Source: an uncultured Planctomycetota bacterium (GTDB taxonomy: Bacteria; Planctomycetota; Planctomycetia; Isosphaerales; Isosphaeraceae). Taken from it: a stretch of DNA of 64,000 bases. The position numbers were made by a program, and so were the translations under genes. The notes under the pieces were generated by a model, which was not told the origin of the DNA, did not search any database, and saw nothing but the letters and a program-made list of their open reading frames with translations. Within the stretch, counting starts at the first letter, position 1, and every line of letters starts with the position of its first letter. Location: assembly GCA_963823665.1 (NCBI GenBank), contig CAWGMQ010000002.1, positions 221,753 to 285,752 of the forward strand, given 5' to 3'. Shown piece after piece: positions 18,963-29,630 of the stretch.

Positions 18963-19652
18963 ATGCGTATCTGCCCGCAATTGCCCGCCGTGATGATGAT
19001 GTTGGCTGCTTCGAGCCCTACAATCGCCGAAGATAAGCCAAGCGCGCTCGAGCATGATCCAACCGGCTGGACCGACCTGCTTGCCCAGGCTGGGTCCAAG
19101 CTCGAAGGCTGGACACGGGGGCCTATTCCCGCGCGCGGTAAGCTCAACTCCGAGTCTCAGTGGTCACTCGACTCAAGCACCGGCTATCTGGTCTGCGGAG
19201 GTGACCGCGGCCATGAGTGGCTGAGGTGGGATAAAGAGCTGGGCGATTTCATCTACCACGTCGAGTGGCGATTCACGGTTGTTCCGGGAAAGAAAGGCTA
19301 CAATTCGGGGATCTACGCTCGCAACTCGGCGGATGCGACGGTCTGGCACCAGGCCCAGACCGGTGATGGGGCAGGGGGCTATCTCTTCGGCAGCACAACG
19401 GCCGGTGGGAAAACCAAGGGGCTCAACCTTTCCAAGCAGCAATCATCAAGCCGCGTCAAGCCGGCCGGAGAATGGAATGTGTTCGAGATCACCTGCAAAG
19501 GGAAAGAAATGACACTCTGGGTCAATGGAGATCTCACCAATCGCTGGCTCGAGTGCGAGGTGCCCAAGGGCTACGTCGGGCTCGAAGCTGAAGGGTATCG
19601 CATCGAGTTCCGCAACGTGAAACTGAAACCGCTCGAGGGAGTACAGAAGTGA
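18963..19652 (+). CDS. DUF1080 (3-keto-disaccharide hydrolase-like) protein
   Basis: AAGGAG before ATG 18963; GDF..HVEWR, NSGIY, KPAGEWN and GYVGLEAEG..IEFRNVKLK. Confidence 0.88.
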   Translation: MRICPQLPAVMMMLAASSPTIAEDKPSALEHDPTGWTDLLAQAGSKLEGWTRGPIPARGKLNSESQWSLDSSTGYLVCGGDRGHEWLRWDKELGDFIYHVEWRFTVVPGKKGYNSGIYARNSADATVWHQAQTGDGAGGYLFGSTTAGGKTKGLNLSKQQSSSRVKPAGEWNVFEITCKGKEMTLWVNGDLTNRWLECEVPKGYVGLEAEGYRIEFRNVKLKPLEGVQK

Positions 19653-20959
19653 TCACAAAATCCCTGGCCAGGCACGTTGCCAGTCTGTTTGTCGTGGGCT
19701 TATCCTGCGCCGCGATTGGGAAAGCACCCGCTCGAGCCGGTGAGCTTCAAGTCGGTGCCGCGATGCGTGTCATCACGCCCAATCCGCTTCTACCGGTCTC
19801 GGGTGGAATGGGCGCGCCGAACCCAAGTCGTGAAAAGAAAGGCGACCTGACGGCTCGTGCCGTCGTCTTTCGAAGCGGCGATGTGTCCGTGGCTGTGGTT
19901 TCTCTGGACGTGATCGGATTTCCATCCGCGCTCGGAGATCGCATCCGCGCGCAGGTGAGCCGGATTCCGGCTGATCACATCTTGATTGGATCAACCCATA
20001 CGCACAGCGCTCCCGATTGCTACGCGTTTCCCGACGGCAAGGGGGGCCATACGGGTGATCTCAAGTATATGGATTTCGTCTGCAATCAAGCCGCCCTTGC
20101 ATTAAATGAAGCGATCGACCGCCTCGAACCCGCCTCGATCAAGATCGCCACCGGCGAAGCCCAGGGGAAGATCGCCTACAACTATTATGCTCCAGACCTC
20201 TACGACAAGCGCATGAGCGTGATCCAGGCCACCGGCGCCACAGGCAAGATAATCGCAACCCTTGTCAACTACGCGATTCACCCCGAAGTCCTCGGAAACG
20301 ACGTGGGCATTCTCAGCCCGGATCTGGTCGGGCCTCTGTGCGAGAAGCTCGAAGCCACGGCCGGCGGTACAGCCATCTTCATGAACAGTGCACAAGGGGG
20401 CATGGTCACCGCCGACAACCGAAATCTGAACGAGCCGAAGGATCCTCTCCGCGGCTACTGGAACGATTCACGATCATGGGAGGAATGCCTGCGGATCGGC
20501 CATCTCATGGCAACCGAGGTGCTGCGCATCATCAAAGACGCTCCGGAGCAAAAAGCTCCGACGCTCTTCTGCGACTCGCTCACTGTGCGGTTCCCGGTCG
20601 AATCGGCAGCGATGTGGGCGGTCGTCACCAACTCGCCGCTCAAGTATCCCCATAACGACGACCAGTCGATCAACGCCCGAATCAATCTCGTCAACCTCGG
20701 GGATGCCCAGATCTTGACCATCCCCGGTGAAGCCCTGCCCAACATCGGCTTCTATCTCAAGCGCAAGATGCACGGGAAGCACAATCTGCTCTTCGGACTG
20801 ACAAACGAGGCATTCGGCTACATCCTCACGAAAGTCGATTTCCATAGTTTCCCGCGCTATGACTATGTCTCGCGCACCTCGCTCGGTGAGATGACCGGCG
20901 AGATCCTGATCGAGAAGTCACTCGAGCTCGTCAACAAGTCGCCGAAGCCCGGTCAATGA
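19649..20959 (+). CDS. Neutral/alkaline ceramidase-like secreted hydrolase
   Basis: IGSTHTHSAPD, NYAIHPE and TIPGEALP motifs; GTGA overlap with the DUF1080 stop. Confidence 0.8.
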   Translation: MITKSLARHVASLFVVGLSCAAIGKAPARAGELQVGAAMRVITPNPLLPVSGGMGAPNPSREKKGDLTARAVVFRSGDVSVAVVSLDVIGFPSALGDRIRAQVSRIPADHILIGSTHTHSAPDCYAFPDGKGGHTGDLKYMDFVCNQAALALNEAIDRLEPASIKIATGEAQGKIAYNYYAPDLYDKRMSVIQATGATGKIIATLVNYAIHPEVLGNDVGILSPDLVGPLCEKLEATAGGTAIFMNSAQGGMVTADNRNLNEPKDPLRGYWNDSRSWEECLRIGHLMATEVLRIIKDAPEQKAPTLFCDSLTVRFPVESAAMWAVVTNSPLKYPHNDDQSINARINLVNLGDAQILTIPGEALPNIGFYLKRKMHGKHNLLFGLTNEAFGYILTKVDFHSFPRYDYVSRTSLGEMTGEILIEKSLELVNKSPKPGQ

Positions 20960-20968
20960 CGAAGAGGC

Positions 20969-22831
20969 TCAGGACATCTCGACTGGAATCAGCTCCTCCG
21001 AAAGCGCTCTTTCTCGCGGGCGCCTGACCTTCACTCGTTCCGGCATGCGGCCGAGACAGCGGTCGAAGGACTTGCTTGTAAGCCAGAACAACAGCCCGGC
21101 AATACTCGCTTTGATCAGGCTTACTGAACCGAGATCGAGCCAGAATGGCCAGCGCGGCCGGAACTCGCACTGCTCGAGCAGTCTGAGCGCGTTCATTGGT
21201 CCGGCGAGCGGGCTGAGCGAAGTCAGAAAGTCCTGCAACAATCGATTTCGTTCGTACGCTCCCGGTAGTTGCGCACGTATGATCGGTGAAAACAGCAATT
21301 CAATCAAGATCGGCCAACCCATACCAAATAACAGGAAGGCAATCACACTCCCCGCAATCGCTCGGCTCAGGCGCGGCACCCATGTCGCCAGGGCAAGACC
21401 CCAGCTCACAATCAGTGCACCCGAAGCGAGGAAATCAAAAACACATAAGGTTGCTCCGATAACGCGATCCGCTCCGGTCAAGCGCACGGGAGTCTCGGCG
21501 AATTTTATGCCGAATGCATAAATCGGGATATCGGGCACCGTGGCGGCAATAAAAAAACTCCCATAGAGCGGGACCATTGCCAGCAAGAGAACTCTGCGAA
21601 ACATGCCCCACCACTTTGCGGCGACGATTGATCTGGTTGAAAGCGGTGTCGAAAGCAGGACATCGAGGCTTCCGAGCACTCGCTCCTCAGCCAGCGCCGT
21701 GGGCGCAGTTGCGCTCAGCATCAGCAAACCGAACATGACCAGCATCATGAAGCCGAAGCCAAATACACCCGGGCTTGTGCCTTCGAGAATGGATTGATAC
21801 GTACCCCACGCCATGCTGCCCCAGATGACAACGAAGAGTACCGCCCAGAGTCGTCGCGCGAATCTGGACGGCCGGCTGCGCGTCCACTCTCGCCAGAGAA
21901 CCGGGTTACCATCGAGCTGGGGAGCAGGCCAGGATGGGAAGAATCGCTTTAGCTCCCCCAACCGGGATCGTCGTTCCTCTACCTGGCGGCCGGAGTGCGC
22001 GATCACGACCTTGCGTATTCTTGCGATCGAGAGCAGCGATAGTGCCGCGGTGAGGGCAAATGCGATACCCACAAATACGGCGAAGTCAGCAATGTCAACG
22101 AACCCTGGTTTGGCGTAAGGTGCGAGCACCAGCACGTATGGATTGGTTTTTGCAAACCAATTCGGTGGGCCCGGGATCTTGCCACCGCTGGCTAGCTCTT
22201 CCCAGATCGGTAGCGACATGAGCCAGAATCCGAAAATCATGTAGACGGCCATGAGCACTTCGTGTGTCTTCGGTGCCCAGACCGAGATAGTCAGCGCCAG
22301 TGCACACCCCAGCACAGCCAGGCAAACCGAAACGACGAAGCACCCGGCGATCGCTTCAAACTCCACACCGCCGAGTAGAGCTGTCAGGCAGGCTACAGGC
22401 ACTGCGCATGCAATGAGCCCAAAGACCGGTGCAAGCCGCGAGCCAAGCTTTCCCAGCACGATTTCCCGGTCCGAAAGATCGGTGACCAGCATGTGCATGA
22501 TCGTTCCGCGCGCCCGATCCATACAAACCGAGCTCGCCGCGGCTGCCGGCGCTAAAAGCATCACCAGTGATAACTGGGTTCCCGCCACGGCATAAAAGAA
22601 CCACTCGCCGAGCTTGGCCATCTCCTTGTAGGTCGGCTGGACACTGCGGCCGGGGGGCGGGGCAGGACCGAACGGGGGAGCCGCCGCTTGATCTCTGATG
22701 AGCCACACGACCATCATCCCGATCAGCATGACCAGAACGAAGAGCGAGCGCCCCGCATAGACCTGCCAGCGGCGAGCGTTCAAAAGTGACTCATAAGCAA
22801 AGACCGGCCCTACGCCCCATCGCTTCCACAT
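20969..22831 (-). CDS. ABC-2 type transporter permease (two membrane domains), paralog 1
   Basis: GPVFAYE, DRARGT..HMLVTDLS..EIVLGKL, NPVLWREW and EERVLGSLDVLLSTPLS. Confidence 0.85.
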   Translation of the reverse strand: MWKRWGVGPVFAYESLLNARRWQVYAGRSLFVLVMLIGMMVVWLIRDQAAAPPFGPAPPPGRSVQPTYKEMAKLGEWFFYAVAGTQLSLVMLLAPAAAASSVCMDRARGTIMHMLVTDLSDREIVLGKLGSRLAPVFGLIACAVPVACLTALLGGVEFEAIAGCFVVSVCLAVLGCALALTISVWAPKTHEVLMAVYMIFGFWLMSLPIWEELASGGKIPGPPNWFAKTNPYVLVLAPYAKPGFVDIADFAVFVGIAFALTAALSLLSIARIRKVVIAHSGRQVEERRSRLGELKRFFPSWPAPQLDGNPVLWREWTRSRPSRFARRLWAVLFVVIWGSMAWGTYQSILEGTSPGVFGFGFMMLVMFGLLMLSATAPTALAEERVLGSLDVLLSTPLSTRSIVAAKWWGMFRRVLLLAMVPLYGSFFIAATVPDIPIYAFGIKFAETPVRLTGADRVIGATLCVFDFLASGALIVSWGLALATWVPRLSRAIAGSVIAFLLFGMGWPILIELLFSPIIRAQLPGAYERNRLLQDFLTSLSPLAGPMNALRLLEQCEFRPRWPFWLDLGSVSLIKASIAGLLFWLTSKSFDRCLGRMPERVKVRRPRERALSEELIPVEMS

Positions 22832-22921
22832 CGCGGCCCCCAACGAGTCTCGGCTTTCTGTGAGCTCAAGCGCGGAATGCAAACCCTCGGCGATCCTTGC
22901 CAAATGCCATTCGTCGACACG

Positions 22922-24757
22922 TCACGTCATAGTCGGCACCAGTTCCACAGGAGCCGCCGACACATCGATACGTCGCGGAACGCTCAACTCAGAAACGCGA
23001 CCCATGCAGCGGTCAAATGTCTTGATCGTCAACCAGAGCAACAACGCGGTGACGGCTGTCTTGGCCAGGATCACAACCCCGACACTCGTCCAGACCGGCA
23101 CGCGGCTTTGCTCCCAGTACATTTCGAGGACGTGGATTGGGTTAGCCGGCCCAAGCACCGGGCTCAAGGACATGACGCAGGTTTGCAGCCAACGGTATTG
23201 GTTGATCGTTTCACCCGGCAGGTTTTGGAAATATGCTCGGAAAAGGAGATCGACGAGGAAAAGCCAGCCGATTCCTGTCAAGAAAAACACAAGCACACTG
23301 AGCGCAACGGCACGCCCGAACCTGGGCACCCACGTCGCAATCGCCAGACCGGCACTGACAAGAAATGCGCATGAAGCCAAGAAATCAAGCCCACAGAATA
23401 AGACTGCGAGCATGCGGTCCCAGATCGTCAGCGGCTCGACGAATGACTGTGGGAAGCGGCTCACCCAGGTTGGTATGGCGGGCGTTGAGCTTGCCAGAAA
23501 AATCGCGGTGTACAGTGGCAGGAGCGACAAAACCATCACGCTGCGACATGCCCCCAACCACTTGCCCAGGACAATGGACCTGGTCGAGAGCGGCGTGCTC
23601 AAGAGCACGTCGAGGCTGCCGCGCACTCGCTCTTCAGCCAGCACGGTTGGCGCCGTGGCCGCGAGAATCAGCATGCCGAAGAAGAGCTGCAGCCACATTC
23701 CCAGACCCAGATATCGGTCACCCGGATCAGAGCCCTCATGAATCAACTCATAGGTCCCCCAGGCGGCCAGAATCCAACTGAGTGCAAGAACCATCACCCA
23801 CATCACGCGTGCCAATCTTGACGGCTGATTCCTGTGCCACTCGCGCCAGAGGACTGGATTGCCGTCGAGCGACGGGCCTGCCCAGGAGGGAAAGAGACGT
23901 TTCAATCGCGGCAAGCGCAAGCCGGGTTTCTGACCATGACCGGACTGCTCGACAACGACACGGCGAAGCTTCAAAACCGAGAGCAGAGCCAGTGCCGCCG
24001 AGATCGTGAGGACGATTGAGATAAAGACCACGGTGTCGGTCATCCCGACGAAGCCGGGCTGATGGAACGGCGACAGGATCAGTACGTATGGGTTTGCTTT
24101 CTGAAACCAGTCAGGCGGGGGCGCGAATCCGCCGTTCGTGGCAATGCTCGTCCAGAGCGGCAGCGCAAGCAACCACAGGCCCTCGATAATGTACAGCGCT
24201 ATCAGCACATCGTGCGTCTTCGTCGCCCAGACCGAGATTGCGATGGCCAAACAGCATCCTAGCACGGCGAGACAGACAGAAATGCCGAACAAGCCTGCAA
24301 TCGCGCCAAACTCAATTCCGCCGAGCAAGGCAATGATCGCCACAACCGGTACGGCACAGGCAATAATGCCGATCACCGGCGCCAGCCGGGCACCGAGTTT
24401 TCCCAGGACGATCTCCGGATCGCTGAGATCCGTCATCAGCATGTGCACGAGCGTTCCCCGCGCTCGATCGATGCAAATCGATCCCGCCGTGGCTGCCGGC
24501 GCCACGAGCATTACAAGTGAGATCTGAATGCCGGCCAACGTGTAAAAAAACAACTCGCCGAGCTTGGCCATCTGCTGGTAAGTCGAAGCCCGGCCACCCG
24601 TTCCGAGATTGGTGGTCTCATTGTTGAACCAGACGGCGATCAATCCGACGAGCACGATCAGCACAAAGAACGAACGCACCTCGTAGACTTGCCGCCGGCG
24701 AGCGTTCAGCGAAGTTTCCAGCGCGAAGACCGGGCCCAAAGCCCATCGCGTCCACAT
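22922..24757 (-). CDS. ABC-2 type transporter permease (two membrane domains), paralog 2
   Basis: Collinear with paralog 1: GPVFALE, DRARGTLVHMLMTDLS, DGNPVLWREW and EERVRGSLDVLLSTPLS. Confidence 0.85.
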   Translation of the reverse strand: MWTRWALGPVFALETSLNARRRQVYEVRSFFVLIVLVGLIAVWFNNETTNLGTGGRASTYQQMAKLGELFFYTLAGIQISLVMLVAPAATAGSICIDRARGTLVHMLMTDLSDPEIVLGKLGARLAPVIGIIACAVPVVAIIALLGGIEFGAIAGLFGISVCLAVLGCCLAIAISVWATKTHDVLIALYIIEGLWLLALPLWTSIATNGGFAPPPDWFQKANPYVLILSPFHQPGFVGMTDTVVFISIVLTISAALALLSVLKLRRVVVEQSGHGQKPGLRLPRLKRLFPSWAGPSLDGNPVLWREWHRNQPSRLARVMWVMVLALSWILAAWGTYELIHEGSDPGDRYLGLGMWLQLFFGMLILAATAPTVLAEERVRGSLDVLLSTPLSTRSIVLGKWLGACRSVMVLSLLPLYTAIFLASSTPAIPTWVSRFPQSFVEPLTIWDRMLAVLFCGLDFLASCAFLVSAGLAIATWVPRFGRAVALSVLVFFLTGIGWLFLVDLLFRAYFQNLPGETINQYRWLQTCVMSLSPVLGPANPIHVLEMYWEQSRVPVWTSVGVVILAKTAVTALLLWLTIKTFDRCMGRVSELSVPRRIDVSAAPVELVPTMT

Positions 24758-24952
24758 GCGGAGTCTCGGCTGACAAAGTTGAACCCGGTCCTGATTCAGT
24801 ACGCTTCTTCCAGCGCTCGATCATACGCCGGAGAGCCGGAGACGCACAGTCCCAGCCTCTGACATTTGACCGATAGCATCCCAACTGGTATTCGGGGTAG
24901 CTGGCGCTTTATTCAACGTCAGAGCGCCGAAAGCCATTGAGTGGTTTCGGGA

Positions 24953-26272
24953 TCACGAAAGCCCCGTCAAGACTCCGCCGCCGCACAGGTTGGGATTGCC
25001 GAACTTTTCGATGTGGTGGCCCATGCCGTTGGCCAGCGCCAGCCAGAGCCGGTTGTGAGGAACGCTCTTGTACTTGAGCGAACGGCCCATCTTGAAATCC
25101 AGGCCGTTGCCGGCGAGCACGAATGGAATGTCGTTGAGCGTGTGTGAGTTTCCTTTGCCGAGCTCGTTGGTCCAGATCACCAGCGTGTTGTCGAGCAGGC
25201 TGCCGCCACCACCGGGCTCCGGCGTTTCTGCCAGCCGCTTGACCAGGTACGCCATCTGCTCGCAGTACCATTTGTTGATCTTGATCAACTTTTCCTGCGA
25301 TTTCTTGTCACTGTCGGGGTTGTGTGACAGCTCATGGTGGCCCTCGGTGACACCCAGCCAGCGCATCCTGGCGTCGCCGACCGAGTTGGTGAATTGCAAG
25401 GTCGCAACCCGCGCGAAGTCCGCTGCAAAACTGTTGACCATCAAGTCGATCTGCATCGTGCTGAGCTTGGGAATATTGGCGGCTTCGTGCTTCACGCCCC
25501 GCTCGAGCTTCGGAACGGCATGCCCGACGTCGCGGCTCCGGCTATCTTGCAGCTCCTGCTCCATTTCGCGCACGAACGTAGTGTGCTCGTCGAGAAGCTG
25601 ACGGTCTTCCGAGCTCACGACCGAGCTGACCTTCTTCAGGTCTTCCTTCAGCTCGTCCATGATGCTCTTCAGGCTTTCCTGGTCTTTCATTCGGCCGTAG
25701 AGCTTGCCGAACATCTGGTAGGGATCGTCGATGGGAGCAATAGGCTTGTTCGGTCCGGCGTAGACCATGCGAGTCCAGGTGTCCGCACGATCGGGCACCA
25801 GCACGCCGAACTCGAGCGATCCGTGCCGGGTGCGGGTCTCGGACCGGCTTTGCAAGAAGTTCTTGATCTCTTGATCGATCGAGATCCCCTTGGCCCAGCC
25901 GGCTGGCGTATCGGAGCCCCCCTGGATATTGCCTGGAAACAACTCGATGCCGGTGAGCAAACAGCCCATTCCACGCATGTGATTGTCGCCATCACCGCGC
26001 AGCTTGTCACAAACCCCGTGCAGAACCAGTGTGCGATCACGGAATGGCTCGAGCGGCTTCAGAATCTCCTTGAACTGGAACGACGGGCCTTCCTCGGCGG
26101 GCCAGAATGCCGAAGGAATGACGCCGTTTGGACTGAACATCACCACCAGCCTCTGCTTGCGCCGCTGCTGATTCGCAAATCCCAGACTCGGCAGATTCAG
26201 GACGAACGGCAACGCCGCTGCGCCCAATCCCAGATCGCGGATGAATTCGCGTCGGTTGCTTCGGTGGGACAT
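24953..26272 (-). CDS. DUF1552 domain protein (Tat signal)
   Basis: NRREFIR, FSPNG, SIDQ, HHELSH, SLLDNT and GNSH motifs. Confidence 0.9.
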   Translation of the reverse strand: MSHRSNRREFIRDLGLGAAALPFVLNLPSLGFANQQRRKQRLVVMFSPNGVIPSAFWPAEEGPSFQFKEILKPLEPFRDRTLVLHGVCDKLRGDGDNHMRGMGCLLTGIELFPGNIQGGSDTPAGWAKGISIDQEIKNFLQSRSETRTRHGSLEFGVLVPDRADTWTRMVYAGPNKPIAPIDDPYQMFGKLYGRMKDQESLKSIMDELKEDLKKVSSVVSSEDRQLLDEHTTFVREMEQELQDSRSRDVGHAVPKLERGVKHEAANIPKLSTMQIDLMVNSFAADFARVATLQFTNSVGDARMRWLGVTEGHHELSHNPDSDKKSQEKLIKINKWYCEQMAYLVKRLAETPEPGGGGSLLDNTLVIWTNELGKGNSHTLNDIPFVLAGNGLDFKMGRSLKYKSVPHNRLWLALANGMGHHIEKFGNPNLCGGGVLTGLS

Positions 26273-26388
26273 ATCTTCCTCCGGCGTGCATCAAGCAAAA
26301 GGCAGTGCGTCAGGCGGGATAATCGATCAGGCTGGCTGGAAGGTAAGGCGCACGCCTGGAGAGCCGGCGAGGCCCATTGCAAACGATT

Positions 26389-28782
26389 CTACAGCTTCTC
26401 CCGGCGGGGAGTCAAAGCCGACGAGGCCATGATCTCGATTGTGAGCTTCCGAATATTGAAATCGTGGGCTGTGAAGAATCGCCTTAGCTCGGGCAGTTCC
26501 TGGGGACCAAATGCGCCGATCGGCTGCTTGATCAGGTAATGGAACAATTGCTGTACAAAGGCCGAGTGAGCCTCGCCGCTCGAGGCAAGATACGCCGCCA
26601 GATCAAGAGAGCCGGTGAATTTCACGGCCTGCCCACCTGTGCGCGTCTCATATGACCCTGTCGCATCGATCGGCTTGCCTTTTTCTTCCTTCCGGTATCG
26701 GCCCAGTGCGTCGAAATGCTCCAGGGTAAATCCCAGGGGATTGATCATGCCATGACAAGACAAACACGACTCAGGCTGAGTCTGAATTGTCACGCGCTCG
26801 CGGGTTGTCAGGTCGGGATGAAGGTCGGGAGCCAGGGGAGCGACGGCCTCCGGCGGCGGACGAAGCACCCGCCCCAGCACACTGCGAACAATGAAAACAC
26901 CGCGATGGATCGGCGAGCTCGTGGCTGTATACGCAAAGCTTGCCATCAAGTACGGATGCGTAAGCAGCCCACTACGCTGCTGTTGCTCGAGTACAACCTT
27001 TTGGAACGGCGCATCCGCGGCGAGCTTGGCCCCATACAGCGGCGCCAACCGGCCGTTCAAGTAAACGTAATTCGCCCGTAAGAGCTGGCGATAGTCCGAC
27101 GCTTCCGAGCCGATCACGTCTTCGAGAAACAGATCGAGAGAAGTCCGCAGGTCGGAAACCACCGTCTCGTTGAACTCCGGGAAGCGCTTGGGGTCCTTGA
27201 CGATGTCGCGAGCTTGATCGATCTTCAGCCACTGGAGCAGAAAACCCTCGAGCTTGACGTGGGAACGCTGATCGTTCGCCATTCGCTCAGCCTGACGCGC
27301 CACCTGGTCACGTTTGACCAACTGGCCTTGCGCGGCCGCATCGAAGAGCTGCTGGTCGGGAAGCGAGTCCCACAACCCGAATGAAAGCCGCGAAGCGACG
27401 TCGAAGCCATCAGGGGGACCGCTACCTGTCTCGCGGTAGAGAAATCGAGGTGACTTGAGCACCAGGAGGACCACCCGTTTGACGGCTGTCTCCAGATCCA
27501 GGGCATCCTTGAACTGGCGATCGATGAACAGCTTCTTCTGGTCGTCGCCCAGCGGGCGGCGAAAAGCCCGCTCGGCAAACTTGCGGCAGAATTCTCGAAG
27601 TTTCGCCTCGCGGTCGGAGGCGTTGTCACTGGCGCCGGAGAATTCTGTCAGGTGAGCCACGACGTAGCCGGCAACCTCAATTGCCGCATCGGTCGTGGCC
27701 GTATCCCATGCCTTCGAAACCGAGGTCCCGCGTTCGTAACCAACGCTGCGATCGTCGGGCGGGAATGGCGTCGTGAGAACGAACGCCTCCGGCAGCGACG
27801 CCGGGACAAGGTTCCTCTGTGGAATCACCTCGAAGCCCCGTCGCGGCACTTTCCACTCAAGCACGATCGACGAGGTCATCTCCTTGGTCCGTGAAAACTC
27901 GAGGCGGATCGGATAGGCCCGCCCGCCGAGCAGATAGACCGAACCCTGGTATTCTGTGTCGCTTCCCGACTTCACCAGAGCGTCGATCAACGGCCGGCGC
28001 AGGTCGTTGATGGATAACTTGGTGGCGTTCTCGGTCTTGACGCGGAATTCATACTCACCCGTCTCGGGGGCGAGCAACGACCCCTGCCACGTCACCCGGA
28101 ACTCTTGCGAGAATGGCCTGAATAACCTGAGCGGAACGAGCAGCATCGGTGCTCGCTGCCATTTCTTCGCGACGTCCTTGAGCTCATCCTGCTCGGGAAT
28201 CGGGCTGCTCGTCCCGAACTGGAAGTTGATCTCCTGATCGACTCGATTCAACGAGCCGCCGCCACCGCTATTGTCGCGCCGACGTCTGTTCCTGCTGGTG
28301 TATTCACCCTTGAGTCCCCGCTCATCGCCCCAGCGGCCGGCGCTGCGAAAGCTCCCGATCAAGTCGGTGACCGAGTTGCGATACTGGCGTACGGTGAGCC
28401 GCGAGAGCTCGATCCGAGGAGGGCGGAATTTACTACGCCCTGGGGCATCCTTCGAGTAGAACGTCTCGTAGATGTAGGCAGCAACGTGCTGGGCATCCTC
28501 ACCGACGCACTCTCCGGGAGCATCTTCGGGCATCGTCTTGGCGATCAAACTTGCCAGCGACTTGACCGGACGCTCACCGATCAGCGGTCGTGGATAATGA
28601 TCCTCGGTCCCCTCGCCCGAAGCCCCATGACACGAGGCACATTTCTGTCGGTAAATCTGCTGACCGGTAGGACCTGGGCCATCCGGATAAGCGGCAGTTG
28701 AACCCAGCAATGACGCGAGTGCCGCGAGATATGTCGCATTGCGACAGGATCGCTTCAAGTACTTGCGTTCTCTGATCAGCAT
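26389..28782 (-). CDS. Cytochrome c / DUF1587 / PA14 / DUF1595 / DUF1592 / DUF1588 / DUF1585 protein
   Basis: CASCH, RLTVRQYRNSV, a PA14-like segment (LLAPETGEYEF), FAERAFRRP, SPRFLYR, SPIHRG and CLSCH..INPLGF. Confidence 0.9.
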   Translation of the reverse strand: MLIRERKYLKRSCRNATYLAALASLLGSTAAYPDGPGPTGQQIYRQKCASCHGASGEGTEDHYPRPLIGERPVKSLASLIAKTMPEDAPGECVGEDAQHVAAYIYETFYSKDAPGRSKFRPPRIELSRLTVRQYRNSVTDLIGSFRSAGRWGDERGLKGEYTSRNRRRRDNSGGGGSLNRVDQEINFQFGTSSPIPEQDELKDVAKKWQRAPMLLVPLRLFRPFSQEFRVTWQGSLLAPETGEYEFRVKTENATKLSINDLRRPLIDALVKSGSDTEYQGSVYLLGGRAYPIRLEFSRTKEMTSSIVLEWKVPRRGFEVIPQRNLVPASLPEAFVLTTPFPPDDRSVGYERGTSVSKAWDTATTDAAIEVAGYVVAHLTEFSGASDNASDREAKLREFCRKFAERAFRRPLGDDQKKLFIDRQFKDALDLETAVKRVVLLVLKSPRFLYRETGSGPPDGFDVASRLSFGLWDSLPDQQLFDAAAQGQLVKRDQVARQAERMANDQRSHVKLEGFLLQWLKIDQARDIVKDPKRFPEFNETVVSDLRTSLDLFLEDVIGSEASDYRQLLRANYVYLNGRLAPLYGAKLAADAPFQKVVLEQQQRSGLLTHPYLMASFAYTATSSPIHRGVFIVRSVLGRVLRPPPEAVAPLAPDLHPDLTTRERVTIQTQPESCLSCHGMINPLGFTLEHFDALGRYRKEEKGKPIDATGSYETRTGGQAVKFTGSLDLAAYLASSGEAHSAFVQQLFHYLIKQPIGAFGPQELPELRRFFTAHDFNIRKLTIEIMASSALTPRREKL

Positions 28783-28814
28783 AAACAAGTAGCTGGCTAG
28801 TACGGATCGAACGA

Positions 28815-29309
28815 TCAGGTTGGATCGGTCACCCAGAGGAGATAAGGACTGAACGGTCCCGCGTTAAGCGATTCGTAAAATACCTGATCAGCGGTGACGA
28901 GCCGGCAGTTCAGTGTTTTGGCCAAAACCAAATAATAGCTGTCGTAGACTGTCGGCCGTGCGGCGCTCATTGCAAGATCAAACGCGGCCTTTAACAACTG
29001 AGCCATCGCGTGAACCGTAAGAGCAACCCCCTCGAGTAGTTCCAGGATAGCGCGCCCCTCGGCTTCACTGATCTCCGGTGTTTTGAGAAGGCGAGCTTTC
29101 TTCCAAATAATATTGCCGAACTCCGGGAAGAACAGTTCTGGTACATGCAAGGTAAAGACTGGGCTCAGGAACCGCTTGGCATCGGCTTCATGAACCTCCG
29201 GTACATACCACTTGACCGCGACCCCAGCGTCAACAACGAAATTCGTCGGATTTACCGACGACCCTTCAGAGAGATCAAGCGCGGCAACCGTCACTGGCGC
29301 CGGACTCAT
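28815..29309 (-). CDS. vapC: Type II toxin, VapC/PIN domain
   Basis: VVDAGVAVKW, E..N..WK, TVYDSYY and LVTAD motifs; ATGA overlap with the antitoxin stop. Confidence 0.9.
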   Translation of the reverse strand: MSPAPVTVAALDLSEGSSVNPTNFVVDAGVAVKWYVPEVHEADAKRFLSPVFTLHVPELFFPEFGNIIWKKARLLKTPEISEAEGRAILELLEGVALTVHAMAQLLKAAFDLAMSAARPTVYDSYYLVLAKTLNCRLVTADQVFYESLNAGPFSPYLLWVTDPT

Positions 29310-29539
29310 CGAAGGCGGTCCTCCCGCAGCAGTTGAGCGCTGTCGGTGTGCGACCGATCAGAAAGTCGATGCGTCATCTGTTCTGCCATTTCGCGAGCCT
29401 TAGCCATGTTGCACTGACGTGCGGCTTGCTCCAGAATCAATTTCAATTCCATCCCCAGCGAGCGGCCGTTGCCGCTGGCGCGGTCTTTAAGCTGGGCTAG
29501 TGTGGCTTCATCCAAATCGCGGACCAAGACGTCAGGCAT
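29306..29539 (-). CDS. FitA-like ribbon-helix-helix antitoxin
   Basis: MPDVLVRDLDE...LKDRA..NGRSL..ELK.IL and C-terminal DSAQLLREDR; GAGGAGG RBS. Confidence 0.9.
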   Translation of the reverse strand: MPDVLVRDLDEATLAQLKDRASGNGRSLGMELKLILEQAARQCNMAKAREMAEQMTHRLSDRSHTDSAQLLREDRLR

Positions 29540-29566
29540 CCTTCACCCTCCTCCTCTCGTGCGTGA

Positions 29567-29583
29567 GATATCAAAATGATATC
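29567..29583. promoter_or_regulatory. Inverted repeat, probable TA autoregulatory operator
   Basis: GATATCA-AAA-TGATATC perfect palindrome about 28 bp upstream of the antitoxin start. Confidence 0.7.
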
Positions 29584-29630
29584 GCCTGCCCGGGACAAAG
29601 TCCAGGCTAGTCTAATTGGGATCGATCACC

